From Candidatus Eiseniibacteriota bacterium (GTDB taxonomy: Bacteria; Eisenbacteria; RBG-16-71-46; CAZEPH01), in NCBI GenBank assembly GCA_044229145.1, contig JBGATO010000069.1, positions 1-18,858 of the forward strand: a stretch of 18,858 nucleotides of DNA, given 5' to 3'. How positions within the stretch are numbered: the stretch's first letter is position 1; each line of letters opens with the position of its first letter. The notes under the pieces were generated by a model that saw only the letters and a program-made list of their open reading frames with translations, was not told the DNA's origin and did not search any database. Shown piece after piece: positions 1-9,351 of the stretch. A program made the translations under genes and the position numbers.

Positions 1-469
1 TCAGATACGTCCCGTCGTAGCCGAGCTCCGCGTCGGAGCGATAGCTGTACGCCAGCGAATTGCCAGGATTCACGCCCGCGAACGTCTTGAAGGCGACTTG
101 GCGCGTGTTGTTGTCGTAACCCGGAAAGCAGGCGCGGGCGCCGCACGCGGTTTGGCCAAGGTCGCCGCACCACAGCACGTTCCCGGACAGGCCAACCGCA
201 TTGCCGCGGCTTCCCGGAATCGCGGACAGCAGCGTGCGCGACCACAGAGACGTTGCGTTCGTCGTCAAGTCGACATCGGTCCAGCCCTGCCACCCACTCT
301 CGAAATCCCAGGGGCCGAATGTGTAGGAGTTGACGCCCGCGCTGGATGCGGGAGCAGTGGAATGCGGCATTGGCATGGCGTGGCCGCGGGCGCGGGATGC
401 CGCAAGGGCGGCTACTGGAACCATGGCGATCAGTGCAGCGAGAACGGCAATTCGCGTGAGTTTTCTCAT
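1..469 (-). CDS. Secreted protein, N-terminal part only (continues beyond left edge); beta-sandwich (MAM/InhA-like) region, function unknown
   Basis: Not in the ORF track because it has no stop in the window. ATG at 469 with GAGGT upstream. Translates MRKLTRIAVLAALIAMVPVAALA (Sec signal) then ...GPWDFESGWQGWTDVDLT...LWCGDLGQTACGARACFPGYDNNTRQ...YSYRSDAELGYDGTYL, open to the edge. Confidence 0.85.
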   Translation of the reverse strand, partial: MRKLTRIAVLAALIAMVPVAALAASRARGHAMPMPHSTAPASSAGVNSYTFGPWDFESGWQGWTDVDLTTNATSLWSRTLLSAIPGSRGNAVGLSGNVLWCGDLGQTACGARACFPGYDNNTRQVAFKTFAGVNPGNSLAYSYRSDAELGYDGTYL

Positions 470-582
470 GACGGACCTCGTGGGCAAGGACGAACGACAT
501 GCAGCTCAGTGAGGGGAAAACGTCGCGGGGGGAAAAACCGCACGGGTCCCGTGTGGGGCCGGAAAGGGCGCCACCGCAACGG

Positions 583-612
583 TGGACACGCCGGCGTGCC
601 CTCGGGCACACT
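583..612 (+). promoter_or_regulatory. Possible sigma70-type promoter for the MBL hydrolase
   Basis: TGGACA (583-588), 18 bp, CACACT (607-612), about 50 bp upstream of ATG 661. Motif match only. Confidence 0.3.
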
Positions 613-660
613 GCCCGCCTCTCCCGCCGTCCTCTCGTGCCGATCCCAGGAGGTCTTCGC

Positions 661-1569
661 ATGCGCCGCGCTGTCGCGCTCGCCGTCGCCCTGATCAGCC
701 TCGCGTCCCTTACCCACGCGCAGGGCCGCGACTTCAGCAAAGTCGAGATCGTCCCGACGCCGCTGCGCGGCGGCCTCACCATGCTCACCGGCGCCGGCGG
801 CAACCTCGCCGTCAGCACCGGCGACGACGGCGTGCTGGTGGTCGACGATCAATTCGCGCCGCTCGCCCCCAAGATCCACGCCGCGATCAAGGCGCTCACC
901 GACAAGCCGGTGCGCTTCGTGGTCAACACGCACTATCACGGCGATCACGTCGGCGGCAACGTCGCGATGCACGACCTCGGCGCGATCATCGTCGCGCAGG
1001 AGAACGTGCGGCGCCGGATGACGCGCGATCAGTTCAACGCGGTGTTCGAGGACACCATCCGCGCCACCGCGCCGGCCGCCTGGCCGGTGGTGACGTTCGC
1101 CGACTCACTGACCTTCCACTGGAACGGTCAGACGATTCGCGTGCTGCACGTCAAGCCGGCACACACTGACGGCGATGCCATCCTGCACTTCGCCGAAGCC
1201 AACGTCGTGCACATGGGCGACTGCTTCTTCAACGGCCTCTATCCGGTGATCGACGTCTCGAGCGGCGGTTCGCTCGAGGGTATGATCGAGGCCGACGACC
1301 GCATCCTCGCGTTCGCCGACGCGCAGACGCAGATCGTTCCCGGGCACGGGCCGCTCGGCGACGTCAAGTCTCTGCGCGCGTTCCGCGACATGCTGGCGAC
1401 GGTGCGCGATCGTGTGAAGCCGCTGGTGCGCTCCGGCAAGTCGCTGCAGGAGATCATCGCCGCCAAGCCGCTCGCCGACCTCGACGCGACATGGGGCCGC
1501 GGATTCATGAAGCCGGACGACTGGCTGGGCGTCGTCTACATGGACTTCACGCGGCACGCGGCGAAATAG
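661..1569 (+). CDS. Secreted MBL-fold metallo-hydrolase (glyoxalase II/cyclase-like family)
   Basis: AGGAGG RBS before ATG 661; signal peptide MRRAVALAVALISLASLTHA; metal motifs NTHYHGDH, PAHTDGD, HMGD, VPGHG; 302 aa. Confidence 0.93.
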   Translation: MRRAVALAVALISLASLTHAQGRDFSKVEIVPTPLRGGLTMLTGAGGNLAVSTGDDGVLVVDDQFAPLAPKIHAAIKALTDKPVRFVVNTHYHGDHVGGNVAMHDLGAIIVAQENVRRRMTRDQFNAVFEDTIRATAPAAWPVVTFADSLTFHWNGQTIRVLHVKPAHTDGDAILHFAEANVVHMGDCFFNGLYPVIDVSSGGSLEGMIEADDRILAFADAQTQIVPGHGPLGDVKSLRAFRDMLATVRDRVKPLVRSGKSLQEIIAAKPLADLDATWGRGFMKPDDWLGVVYMDFTRHAAK

Positions 1570-1585
1570 CGCGCCGCAACATGCG

Positions 1586-1620
1586 AAGGCCGGGTCGCCT
1601 CGACGGGCGGCCCGGCCTTT
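1586..1620. terminator. Probable bidirectional intrinsic terminator
   Basis: AAGGCCGGGTCGCC...GGCGGCCCGGCCTT(T) hairpin between convergent stop codons at 1569 and 1640. Confidence 0.7.
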
Positions 1621-1639
1621 GGCGTGGTGTCCCGGCGCG

Positions 1640-1819
1640 TCAGACGGACGCCGGTGTCATCTGCGTCAGCAGTTTCTCGACTACTTCCTGCCGCTCGACC
1701 AGCGTGTGCCGCAGCGCGCGGTCGTCGGTACGCGCCACCTCGCGCGTGAGCGCGGGCAAGTACGCGCGCAGGACATCGCGCAGCAGCTGCATGTCGTGGT
1801 CGGAAAGTTCGAGCGTCAT
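1640..1819 (-). CDS. Small hypothetical helical-hairpin protein (59 aa)
   Basis: GGAGG RBS upstream of ATG 1819; MTLELSDHDMQLLRDVLRAYLPALTREVARTDDRALRHTLVERQEVVEKLLTQMTPASV with amphipathic Leu periodicity; host-like codon usage; ends next to the terminator. Confidence 0.8.
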   Translation of the reverse strand: MTLELSDHDMQLLRDVLRAYLPALTREVARTDDRALRHTLVERQEVVEKLLTQMTPASV

Positions 1820-1954
1820 CGTCGACCTCCTCGGATGCGGGGCTCTTCCCCGACACCTCGATGATGCGCCCGGCCGCACAGCAGGATAGCGGGACGATGG
1901 GCGAAGCTCAGCGTCGCAGGAAGTCGCGGACCGGCGCACCGGGCGCCGCGCGAC

Positions 1955-2485
1955 TCAGGCGCGGCCCGGAAACGCGTAGAATCGTACGGGCTGGTCGACG
2001 CTTTGGAAGCGGAGGAACTCGTCGCGCTGCCAGACGAATCCGGCGCGCCGCAGCACGCCCTGCGAGGCGACGTTCTCCGCCGCCGCGATACCGAGGATCT
2101 CCGGCAGTGCGAACGCAGCGCACGCCCATTCGCACGTGGCGCGAACCGCTTCCGACGCGAAGCCCTGGCGCTGCTGCGCCTCGGCGATCGCGAACCCGAC
2201 CTCCACGCTGTCCTTGTACGGACTCAGCCCGACGTGCCCCACCAACTCGCCGGTCCGCCGCACCTCCACCCCGAGCACGTACGGCCCCTTCCGCGGATCC
2301 GCGGGATCCTCGCACTGGGCGATCAGGTACGCGAGTTCCTCCTCCGCGTGCGCGAGGTCGCGATACACCTGGCTCGGCAGCCAGATGCGCGAACTCTCCT
2401 CCCGGCTCATGCGAAAGACCGCCGCGAGGTCGGCGGGCACGAACGGGCGCAGCGTCAGCGCCTGCGTGTCGATCGGCATCGCCAT
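1955..2485 (-). CDS. GNAT N-acetyltransferase, RimJ/RimL (Acetyltransf_3) type
   Basis: LTLRPF start motif, GELVGHVGL, VEVGFAI, QRQGFASEA (acetyl-CoA motif A), ENVASQGVLRRAGF. Start is ATG 2485 or 2479, just after the upstream stop at 2500. Confidence 0.9.
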   Translation of the reverse strand: MAMPIDTQALTLRPFVPADLAAVFRMSREESSRIWLPSQVYRDLAHAEEELAYLIAQCEDPADPRKGPYVLGVEVRRTGELVGHVGLSPYKDSVEVGFAIAEAQQRQGFASEAVRATCEWACAAFALPEILGIAAAENVASQGVLRRAGFVWQRDEFLRFQSVDQPVRFYAFPGRA

Positions 2486-2499
2486 CGGGACGTCCCGTG

Positions 2500-4035
2500 C
2501 TAGCGCGTGACGAGCACGCGCGCCGCGAGGTCCACGCCGGCGCCGTGCGCGCGCACCGCGTACACGCCGGCGGGCAGGTGCGCCGGCGTCCACGCGAGCG
2601 CACTCGCGCCGGCCGGCAACGCGCCGCGGAACAGCGTCGCCACCACGCGGCCGCGCGCATCGAGCACGTCGACGCGCAGGTCGCCGACGGCGCGCGGCAG
2701 CGTCAATCGCACGGCGGCGCCATCGCGCGGCGCGCTCGGCGCCACCACCAAGCGCGCCGCGACGTCGCCGTGCGGCTCACCCACCGCGACCGGCGTGAAC
2801 AGCTGCGACGTCCCCACCGGCACCAGTGGATTCTGCGTGTACGACTTGTACTGCGCGCCAACGTTGCCGAGGTTCGCCGGCAGATACCACGTCGGCCCGA
2901 CGAGATTGGGATACGAGCCGACGTTGGGGTTCGAGATCTGGATGCCGGTGTCGCCGATGCTGCGGCCGTCGCCGGTGTCGCCCGCGTCGAAGGTGCCGTT
3001 GTCCTTATAGTAGAGACTCGGCGTGCCGCCGACGCCGGTGACGTCGCCGATGGCGATCAAGGTGCCGTGCGTGCCGCTGGCCACCACGTAGCTCGGCGCG
3101 GTGCCGATCAAGCCGGCGTCCGGGTTCCCGTCGATGAGCGCGCCGGCCGGATTGTAGTCGTCGTACATGCGCATGCCGATGGCAGCGGTGCTGAGGTCGG
3201 CGGAGCCACGCAGGAAGGTCACGCCACTCACCACGTCGGTCGGCGACAGGCCGACCGCCTCGTGCGGATAGTAGGCGCTGTAGCTGGTGGTCGGACCGGT
3301 CGGACCGTTGACGCTGCGCTTGGTGAGCACGCGCACCGCGCCGTCGATGAACGCGTCGGTGGTCACCGGGAAGTCGTTCTCGGTGTAGTTGAACGTCAAG
3401 AACAGGATCTTCACGGTGACGCGCACCTTCTGGCGGTCGAGGATGTCGACGCCGCTGCCGCCGCCGCTCGGGTTGATGCGCGTGAGCACTAGTTGCCCGT
3501 TGCCGTCGTAGCCGAGCGTGTAGCCGTCGGTAACCAGCGAATCGGTGGCGCCGTCGTAGTAGGTCACGTAGTCGCCGGTGAAGGTCTGGGTGAGCGTGTT
3601 CGAGCGGAAGACGTACACCCACGAACGCTTGCTGGCGTCGAGCGGGTTCGCCACCTGTACTTCGTAGCGCGCGAACGATTGCGCGGCGAGATCGTTCGGC
3701 CACTCGTCGGTGCTGACTTGATCGCCCATGTCCTTGGTGGCCCACACGAGTTCGTCGTTGGCGTCGAACGCCGGGTCGGCGTCGGCGATGAAATAGCTGC
3801 CGCTCGCGTCCTTCTGGTCGAGTTGGAAGGGAATCTGCACCCAGGCGCCGGAGCGGTACGCGTAGACCCAGAGGTCGCTCAGCGGCGCGCCGGCGAGGCC
3901 GGGCAGCGTGGTGCCGTTGGCGACGGCGGCTTCGTCGCCGCGGTCCAGCGTGCCGGGGGCGAGGACGGTGGCGTGCGCCACGGCGGCGCAGCACGAGGCG
4001 ACGAACACGGATGCGAGGACGCGGATGGCACGCAT
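2500..4035 (-). CDS. Uncharacterised secreted protein with C-terminal T9SS type-A/FlgD-like sorting domain
   Basis: GGGAGA RBS, ATG 4035, signal MRAIRVLASVFVASCCAAVAHA; T/D/G/Y-rich beta body; C-terminal ~85 aa with VDVLDARGRVVATL...LPAGVYAVR...ARVLVTR; 511 aa. Confidence 0.88.
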   Translation of the reverse strand: MRAIRVLASVFVASCCAAVAHATVLAPGTLDRGDEAAVANGTTLPGLAGAPLSDLWVYAYRSGAWVQIPFQLDQKDASGSYFIADADPAFDANDELVWATKDMGDQVSTDEWPNDLAAQSFARYEVQVANPLDASKRSWVYVFRSNTLTQTFTGDYVTYYDGATDSLVTDGYTLGYDGNGQLVLTRINPSGGGSGVDILDRQKVRVTVKILFLTFNYTENDFPVTTDAFIDGAVRVLTKRSVNGPTGPTTSYSAYYPHEAVGLSPTDVVSGVTFLRGSADLSTAAIGMRMYDDYNPAGALIDGNPDAGLIGTAPSYVVASGTHGTLIAIGDVTGVGGTPSLYYKDNGTFDAGDTGDGRSIGDTGIQISNPNVGSYPNLVGPTWYLPANLGNVGAQYKSYTQNPLVPVGTSQLFTPVAVGEPHGDVAARLVVAPSAPRDGAAVRLTLPRAVGDLRVDVLDARGRVVATLFRGALPAGASALAWTPAHLPAGVYAVRAHGAGVDLAARVLVTR

Positions 4036-4072
4036 GCGGATCTCCCGAACGAAGGGGGGAAAGGACTCGCTC

Positions 4073-4101
4073 AGGCTAGCATCGCCGCCGAAGCGCGACA
4101 A
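4073..4101 (-). promoter_or_regulatory. sigma70-type promoter for the 4035..2500 gene
   Basis: Minus strand TTGTCG, 17 bp, TAGCCT, with an extended -10 TGn. Confidence 0.55.
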
Positions 4102-4131
4102 GGCGGCCCCGCCGGCGATGGCGTCGGGACG

Positions 4132-4644
4132 CTAGGCGGTCGTGCGGCGGATCTCGTACTTGAGGCAGTCGCCGCCGAAGTAGCGCGCCTTCTGCGGACC
4201 ACTCATCCCGTTCTTCTCCATCACCTTGCACGAGGCGATGTTGTCGGGGTGCGCGAGCCCGATGATGCGGTCGATCTCGGGCCGCGCGAAGCCGAAGGCG
4301 ATCGCCATCTCGGCGGCTTCGGTGGCGTAGCCGAGGCCCCAATAGTCGGGGCCCATGAGGTAGTCCACCTCGACCTCGCCGGTCTCGTCGAGCACCCGCA
4401 GACCGCAGTAGCCCATGAAGTCGCCGGTGTCGCGCTTGGTGAGCGCCCAGATGCCGAAGCCGCGCGCCGCCCAGTGGGCGAGGAAGCGATCGATCATCGG
4501 TTCGATGCGCGCGAGCGGCGGCGGCGTGGGGTCGGGACGAAACATCAGCACGTCCGGCGCACTGAGGATCGTGTGCAGCGCGAGCACGTCGGTCGTGCGG
4601 AAGGGGCGCAGGGTGAGGCGCGCGGACGAGATGGTCGGAATCAT
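4132..4644 (-). CDS. GNAT N-acetyltransferase, RimJ/RimL type
   Basis: ARLTLRPF, GFGIWAL, FMGYCGL, EVEVDY, YWGLGYATEAA, DNIASCKVMEKNGM; 170 aa. Confidence 0.92.
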   Translation of the reverse strand: MIPTISSARLTLRPFRTTDVLALHTILSAPDVLMFRPDPTPPPLARIEPMIDRFLAHWAARGFGIWALTKRDTGDFMGYCGLRVLDETGEVEVDYLMGPDYWGLGYATEAAEMAIAFGFARPEIDRIIGLAHPDNIASCKVMEKNGMSGPQKARYFGGDCLKYEIRRTTA

Positions 4645-4791
4645 GTCACGAGCATGGGCGGCGAGGGCGGCGCGAGTCTAGGTCGCCCATCGTGGTACTG
4701 ACACGTCGCGCGGGTTGTGCTCGCTCCATGGGCCACCGTCGTGCGATCCTTCGCGCCTTCGTCCTTCGTTCGCCTGGAGCCGTACGCACGC

Positions 4792-6572
<1,781 letters not shown>

Positions 6573-6576
<4 letters not shown>

Positions 6577-7433
6577 CCCGCCTCCCCCGCCGCGACCACC
6601 CGGTCCCGCAGCATCGCCACCGTCGCCGGCGAGTGCCCCGCATAGTGGTTGTTGGCGAACACGTACGTCGTGATCGCCCGGCGCAGGAACGCACGCACCA
6701 ACGCCGCCCAGGCGTCGAGATCGCCGGCGCGATCGATTTGCACCGCGTGGAAGCGCTCGATGGCGCGGCGGTCGCCGAGCAGGCGGATGTAGGTGAAGTC
6801 GGCGGTGATCCAGTCGACGCGCGGCATCCACGGATGATCGAGCAGCGCCACCGCGATGCCGCGCGCCGCGCAACACGCTTGCAACGCGGCCGCGGGCTCC
6901 GGTTCGGCCCAGCGTTTGTTCCGCACCTCCACCGCGTAGCGCGCGCCCTCCGGCAGAGCGGCGACGAACGCCTCCAACGCCGGCAACTTCTCTGGCGTGA
7001 ACGACGGCCCGAGTTGCAGCAACAGCGGCCCACGCTTCGGGCCCAGCAACGCCATCGTCTCGACGAACCGCGCCGCCTCGTCGCACGCCTCGGCGCCGAG
7101 CAACTCCGCCTCGTGCGTGATGCTGCGCGGAAACTTCGCCGCGAAGACGAAGCCGTCGGGGGTGCGGTCGCGCCAGGCCTCCACGGTGGCGCGGCGTGGC
7201 ACCGCATAGAACGTCGCGTCGATCTCGACCGCGGACCACTGGCGCGCGTAGAGTGCGAGCATGTCCGCCGGCCGGGCGCCGGCGGGATAGAACGGCCCGC
7301 GCCAGTCGTCGTATTGGAAGCCCTGCGTGCCGAGCATGAGCCCCGGTGGCAACGCCGGCGCGGACGGCTCGGCGAACTCGGCGAACGGCAACAACGGCTG
7401 CGACGGCGCGGGGCCGCGACGGCGCGCCGTCAT
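6573..7433 (-). CDS. DUF72 (YecE family) TIM-barrel protein
   Basis: GTQGFQYDDWRGPFYP, AVEIDATFYAVP, FVFAAKFPRSITH, GPLLLQLGPSF, YAVEVRN, YIRLLG, YVFANNHYAGHSP. Start uncertain (ATG 7433 or 7337). Stop overlaps the uup stop in CTAG at 6573-6576. Confidence 0.9.
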
Positions 7434-7463
7434 CGCGCGGCACGCATCAGGAGAAGGACACGC

Positions 7464-8093
7464 ATGATCGCCGACTCTAGCCACGTCGCCGCCGCCGCGT
7501 CCACGGCGATGACGGGCACGCGGGTCGCCACGGTGTGGACGTGGGTCGCGGTGGCCGCGACGCTGCTCTGCCTGCTGCGCAGCTACCGGCTGCCGGGGGG
7601 CGGTGAGCCGGACACCGGCGGCATCGACCGCTGGGGCGTCATCGCGTTCGTGTGCCAGTGCGTGTTCAGCTATCTGCCGACGCACCGGCTCCCCCACGAC
7701 CCGACGTGGCCGAGCCGTGCCGTGGTGTCCGTGCTCGGCGCGACGCTCGGCCTCGCGCTCGCGGCGTGGGAGGTCGCGGCGCGGCTGCGGTATCGCGACC
7801 GGTCGCCGCGCGTGGCGTCGCCGCAGCGCTTCCTCACGTACGGGCCGTACGCGCACGTGCGACGACCGCGCGATCTGATCGCCGTGCTTCTCATCGTCGC
7901 CGTCAACGCGCTCACGCTGCCCTGGCTGGCGCTGATCCCGCTCGCCGGCGTGATGGCGTGGGCATTCGCCCACCGCGCGCGCTGGTACGACGATGCCGCC
8001 GCACACGCCTTTGGCGAGCCGTACGAACTCTACTGCGAGGCCGTGCCGCTTCTGGTGCCGCGCCGCCAGGCGCGCGAACGCCCCGGCGCCTGA
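7464..8093 (+). CDS. Isoprenylcysteine carboxyl methyltransferase (ICMT/Ste14/PEMT)-like membrane protein, divergent
   Basis: AGGAGAAGGA before ATG 7464 (alternative start ATG 7509); several hydrophobic segments; FLTYGPYAHVRRP and FGEPYELYCEAVPLLVP match the family patterns LxTxGPYxxVRHP and FGxxYxxYxxxVxxxxP. Confidence 0.75.
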   Translation: MIADSSHVAAAASTAMTGTRVATVWTWVAVAATLLCLLRSYRLPGGGEPDTGGIDRWGVIAFVCQCVFSYLPTHRLPHDPTWPSRAVVSVLGATLGLALAAWEVAARLRYRDRSPRVASPQRFLTYGPYAHVRRPRDLIAVLLIVAVNALTLPWLALIPLAGVMAWAFAHRARWYDDAAAHAFGEPYELYCEAVPLLVPRRQARERPGA

Positions 8094-8131
8094 ACCGCAG
8101 GCACCGGGGCGTCGTCGGGGGGGCGATTGGC

Positions 8132-8482
8132 CTAGCGGGTGATGACGAGCTTGCCCTTCATGCCGAGACCGACGTGGAAGTTGCACTGGTAGTTGAGCGT
8201 CACACGCGCCACCGGCGGGGTGCCGACCGTCCAGTCGAAGCTCTGGCCCGGCGCGAGCGTGACGTTGAACACCTGGCCGGGCGCGCCCGGGGCACCGCTG
8301 GTCACCGTGTGCGACGCGGCACCGTTGTTCGTCCAGTGCACGATGTCACCCGGACGGACGTTGAGCGTCGACGGCGAGAACACGTTCTCGGTCGCGCTGA
8401 CGTTGTAGGTGGCGGCCGACGCGATGCCGGCGGAGAGAGCGAGAGCGGCAACGGCCGCGGCGAGACGCAATGCGCGAGTCAT
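8132..8482 (-). CDS. Exported type-1 (blue) copper protein, plastocyanin/azurin-like cupredoxin
   Basis: GGAGGA RBS, ATG 8482; signal MTRALRLAAAVAALALSAGIASA; FSPSTLNVRPGDIVHWTN; ligands H (SHTVT) and C-x2-H-x4-M (YQCNFHVGLGMKG); 116 aa. Confidence 0.92.
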   Translation of the reverse strand: MTRALRLAAAVAALALSAGIASAATYNVSATENVFSPSTLNVRPGDIVHWTNNGAASHTVTSGAPGAPGQVFNVTLAPGQSFDWTVGTPPVARVTLNYQCNFHVGLGMKGKLVITR

Positions 8483-8629
8483 GTACGACGTCCTCCTGTC
8501 CTGATGGATGCGCGAAAGCCCGCTTGGGGAATCGGGGCGGAGTACAGGCCCTGGGTACCGGGCCGTCGGGGAGAGGAAGGCGGCCGTCGAGTACGGCGCG
8601 CTGGGCACGTTCGGAGGCGTGATACGCCT

Positions 8630-8659
8630 ATTGTCGACCACTCGGCCGGGCGCCGTCAA
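8630..8659 (-). promoter_or_regulatory. Possible sigma70 promoter for the cupredoxin gene
   Basis: Minus strand TTGACG, 18 bp, GACAAT; would imply a ~140-nt 5' leader. Confidence 0.4.
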
Positions 8660-8707
8660 CGAATTGCGCTCCGAGTGCCACGGCTGAGCCAGATGGCGCC
8701 GCCCGTA

Positions 8708-8716
8708 TGCTATCGT
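8708..8716 (+). promoter_or_regulatory. Possible extended -10 element for the adenosyltransferase gene
   Basis: TGCTATCGT about 40 bp upstream of ATG 8755; no clear -35. Confidence 0.3.
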
Positions 8717-8754
8717 CGCGGCGCTCCGCCACCCACCCCGAGGACGATCCAGCC

Positions 8755-9324
8755 ATGCGGCTCTACACGAAGACCGGCGACGCCGGCGATACGGCGCTAT
8801 TTGGCGGCCAGCGCGTCTCCAAGGACCACCTGCGCGTCGAGGCATACGGGACGATCGACGAGTTGAACGCGCTGCTCGGCGTGGTGGTGGCGACGCTCCC
8901 GGACACCGTCGGCGATGGCGATGCCGCCACCGCGCGCCGCGTCGAACTCGAGCAAATCCAGGCCGACCTGTTCCGGCTTGGCGCCGAGCTGGCCACCCCG
9001 CCGGACGGGCCGGGCCAGGTGCCGGGCTCGCCGGTGAGCGAAGACGATGTGCGGCGGCTGGAAGGCTGGATCGACGCTCGCGATGCCGAGTGCGAGCCGC
9101 TCCGGACATTCATCCTGCCGGGCGGGGCGCGCACCGCGGCGGCCCTGCACCACGCGCGGACGGTGGCGCGGCGGGCGGAACGCCGCATCGTGACGCTGGG
9201 CGCCACGACACCCGTGCGCGGCGAGGTGCTGCGCTACGTCAACCGCCTCAGCGATCTGCTCTTCGCGATGGCGCGGGCGGAGAATACGCGGCAATGCGTC
9301 GAAGAGACGCCCTGGAAGCCGTAG
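8755..9324 (+). CDS. pduO: ATP:cob(I)alamin adenosyltransferase, PduO/MMAB type
   Basis: MRLYTKTGDAGDT, YGTIDELN, IQADLFRLGAELA, FILPGG, ARTVARRAER, YVNRLSDLLF; GAGGA upstream; 189 aa. Confidence 0.93.
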   Translation: MRLYTKTGDAGDTALFGGQRVSKDHLRVEAYGTIDELNALLGVVVATLPDTVGDGDAATARRVELEQIQADLFRLGAELATPPDGPGQVPGSPVSEDDVRRLEGWIDARDAECEPLRTFILPGGARTAAALHHARTVARRAERRIVTLGATTPVRGEVLRYVNRLSDLLFAMARAENTRQCVEETPWKP

Positions 9325-9351
9325 GCGCGGCAGGCGCTCACGAAACACACG

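Noticed and set aside
661..1569. Possible metallo-beta-lactamase resistance gene
   Set aside because: It has HxHxDH with the bridging Asp (HMGD) typical of general MBL-fold hydrolases rather than the B1/B2 Cys ligand. Nothing in the sequence supports antibiotic specificity.
1861..3492. 543-aa + strand ORF and similar long ORFs (3493..4701, 4678..5850, 10192..12486, 12483..13760, 13654..15435, 13679..16264)
   Set aside because: Antisense or off-frame shadows of well-supported genes. They are Arg/Ala/Pro-rich with no motifs, as expected where stop codons are rare in high-GC DNA.
8510..8705. Cobalamin riboswitch upstream of pduO (GGGAA, GGAAGG, GCCAC and AGCCAG fragments)
   Set aside because: The fragments are in the wrong order and the GGTG..AATCC and GCCACTG..GGGAAG core pairings are missing. 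An Rfam cmscan would settle it.
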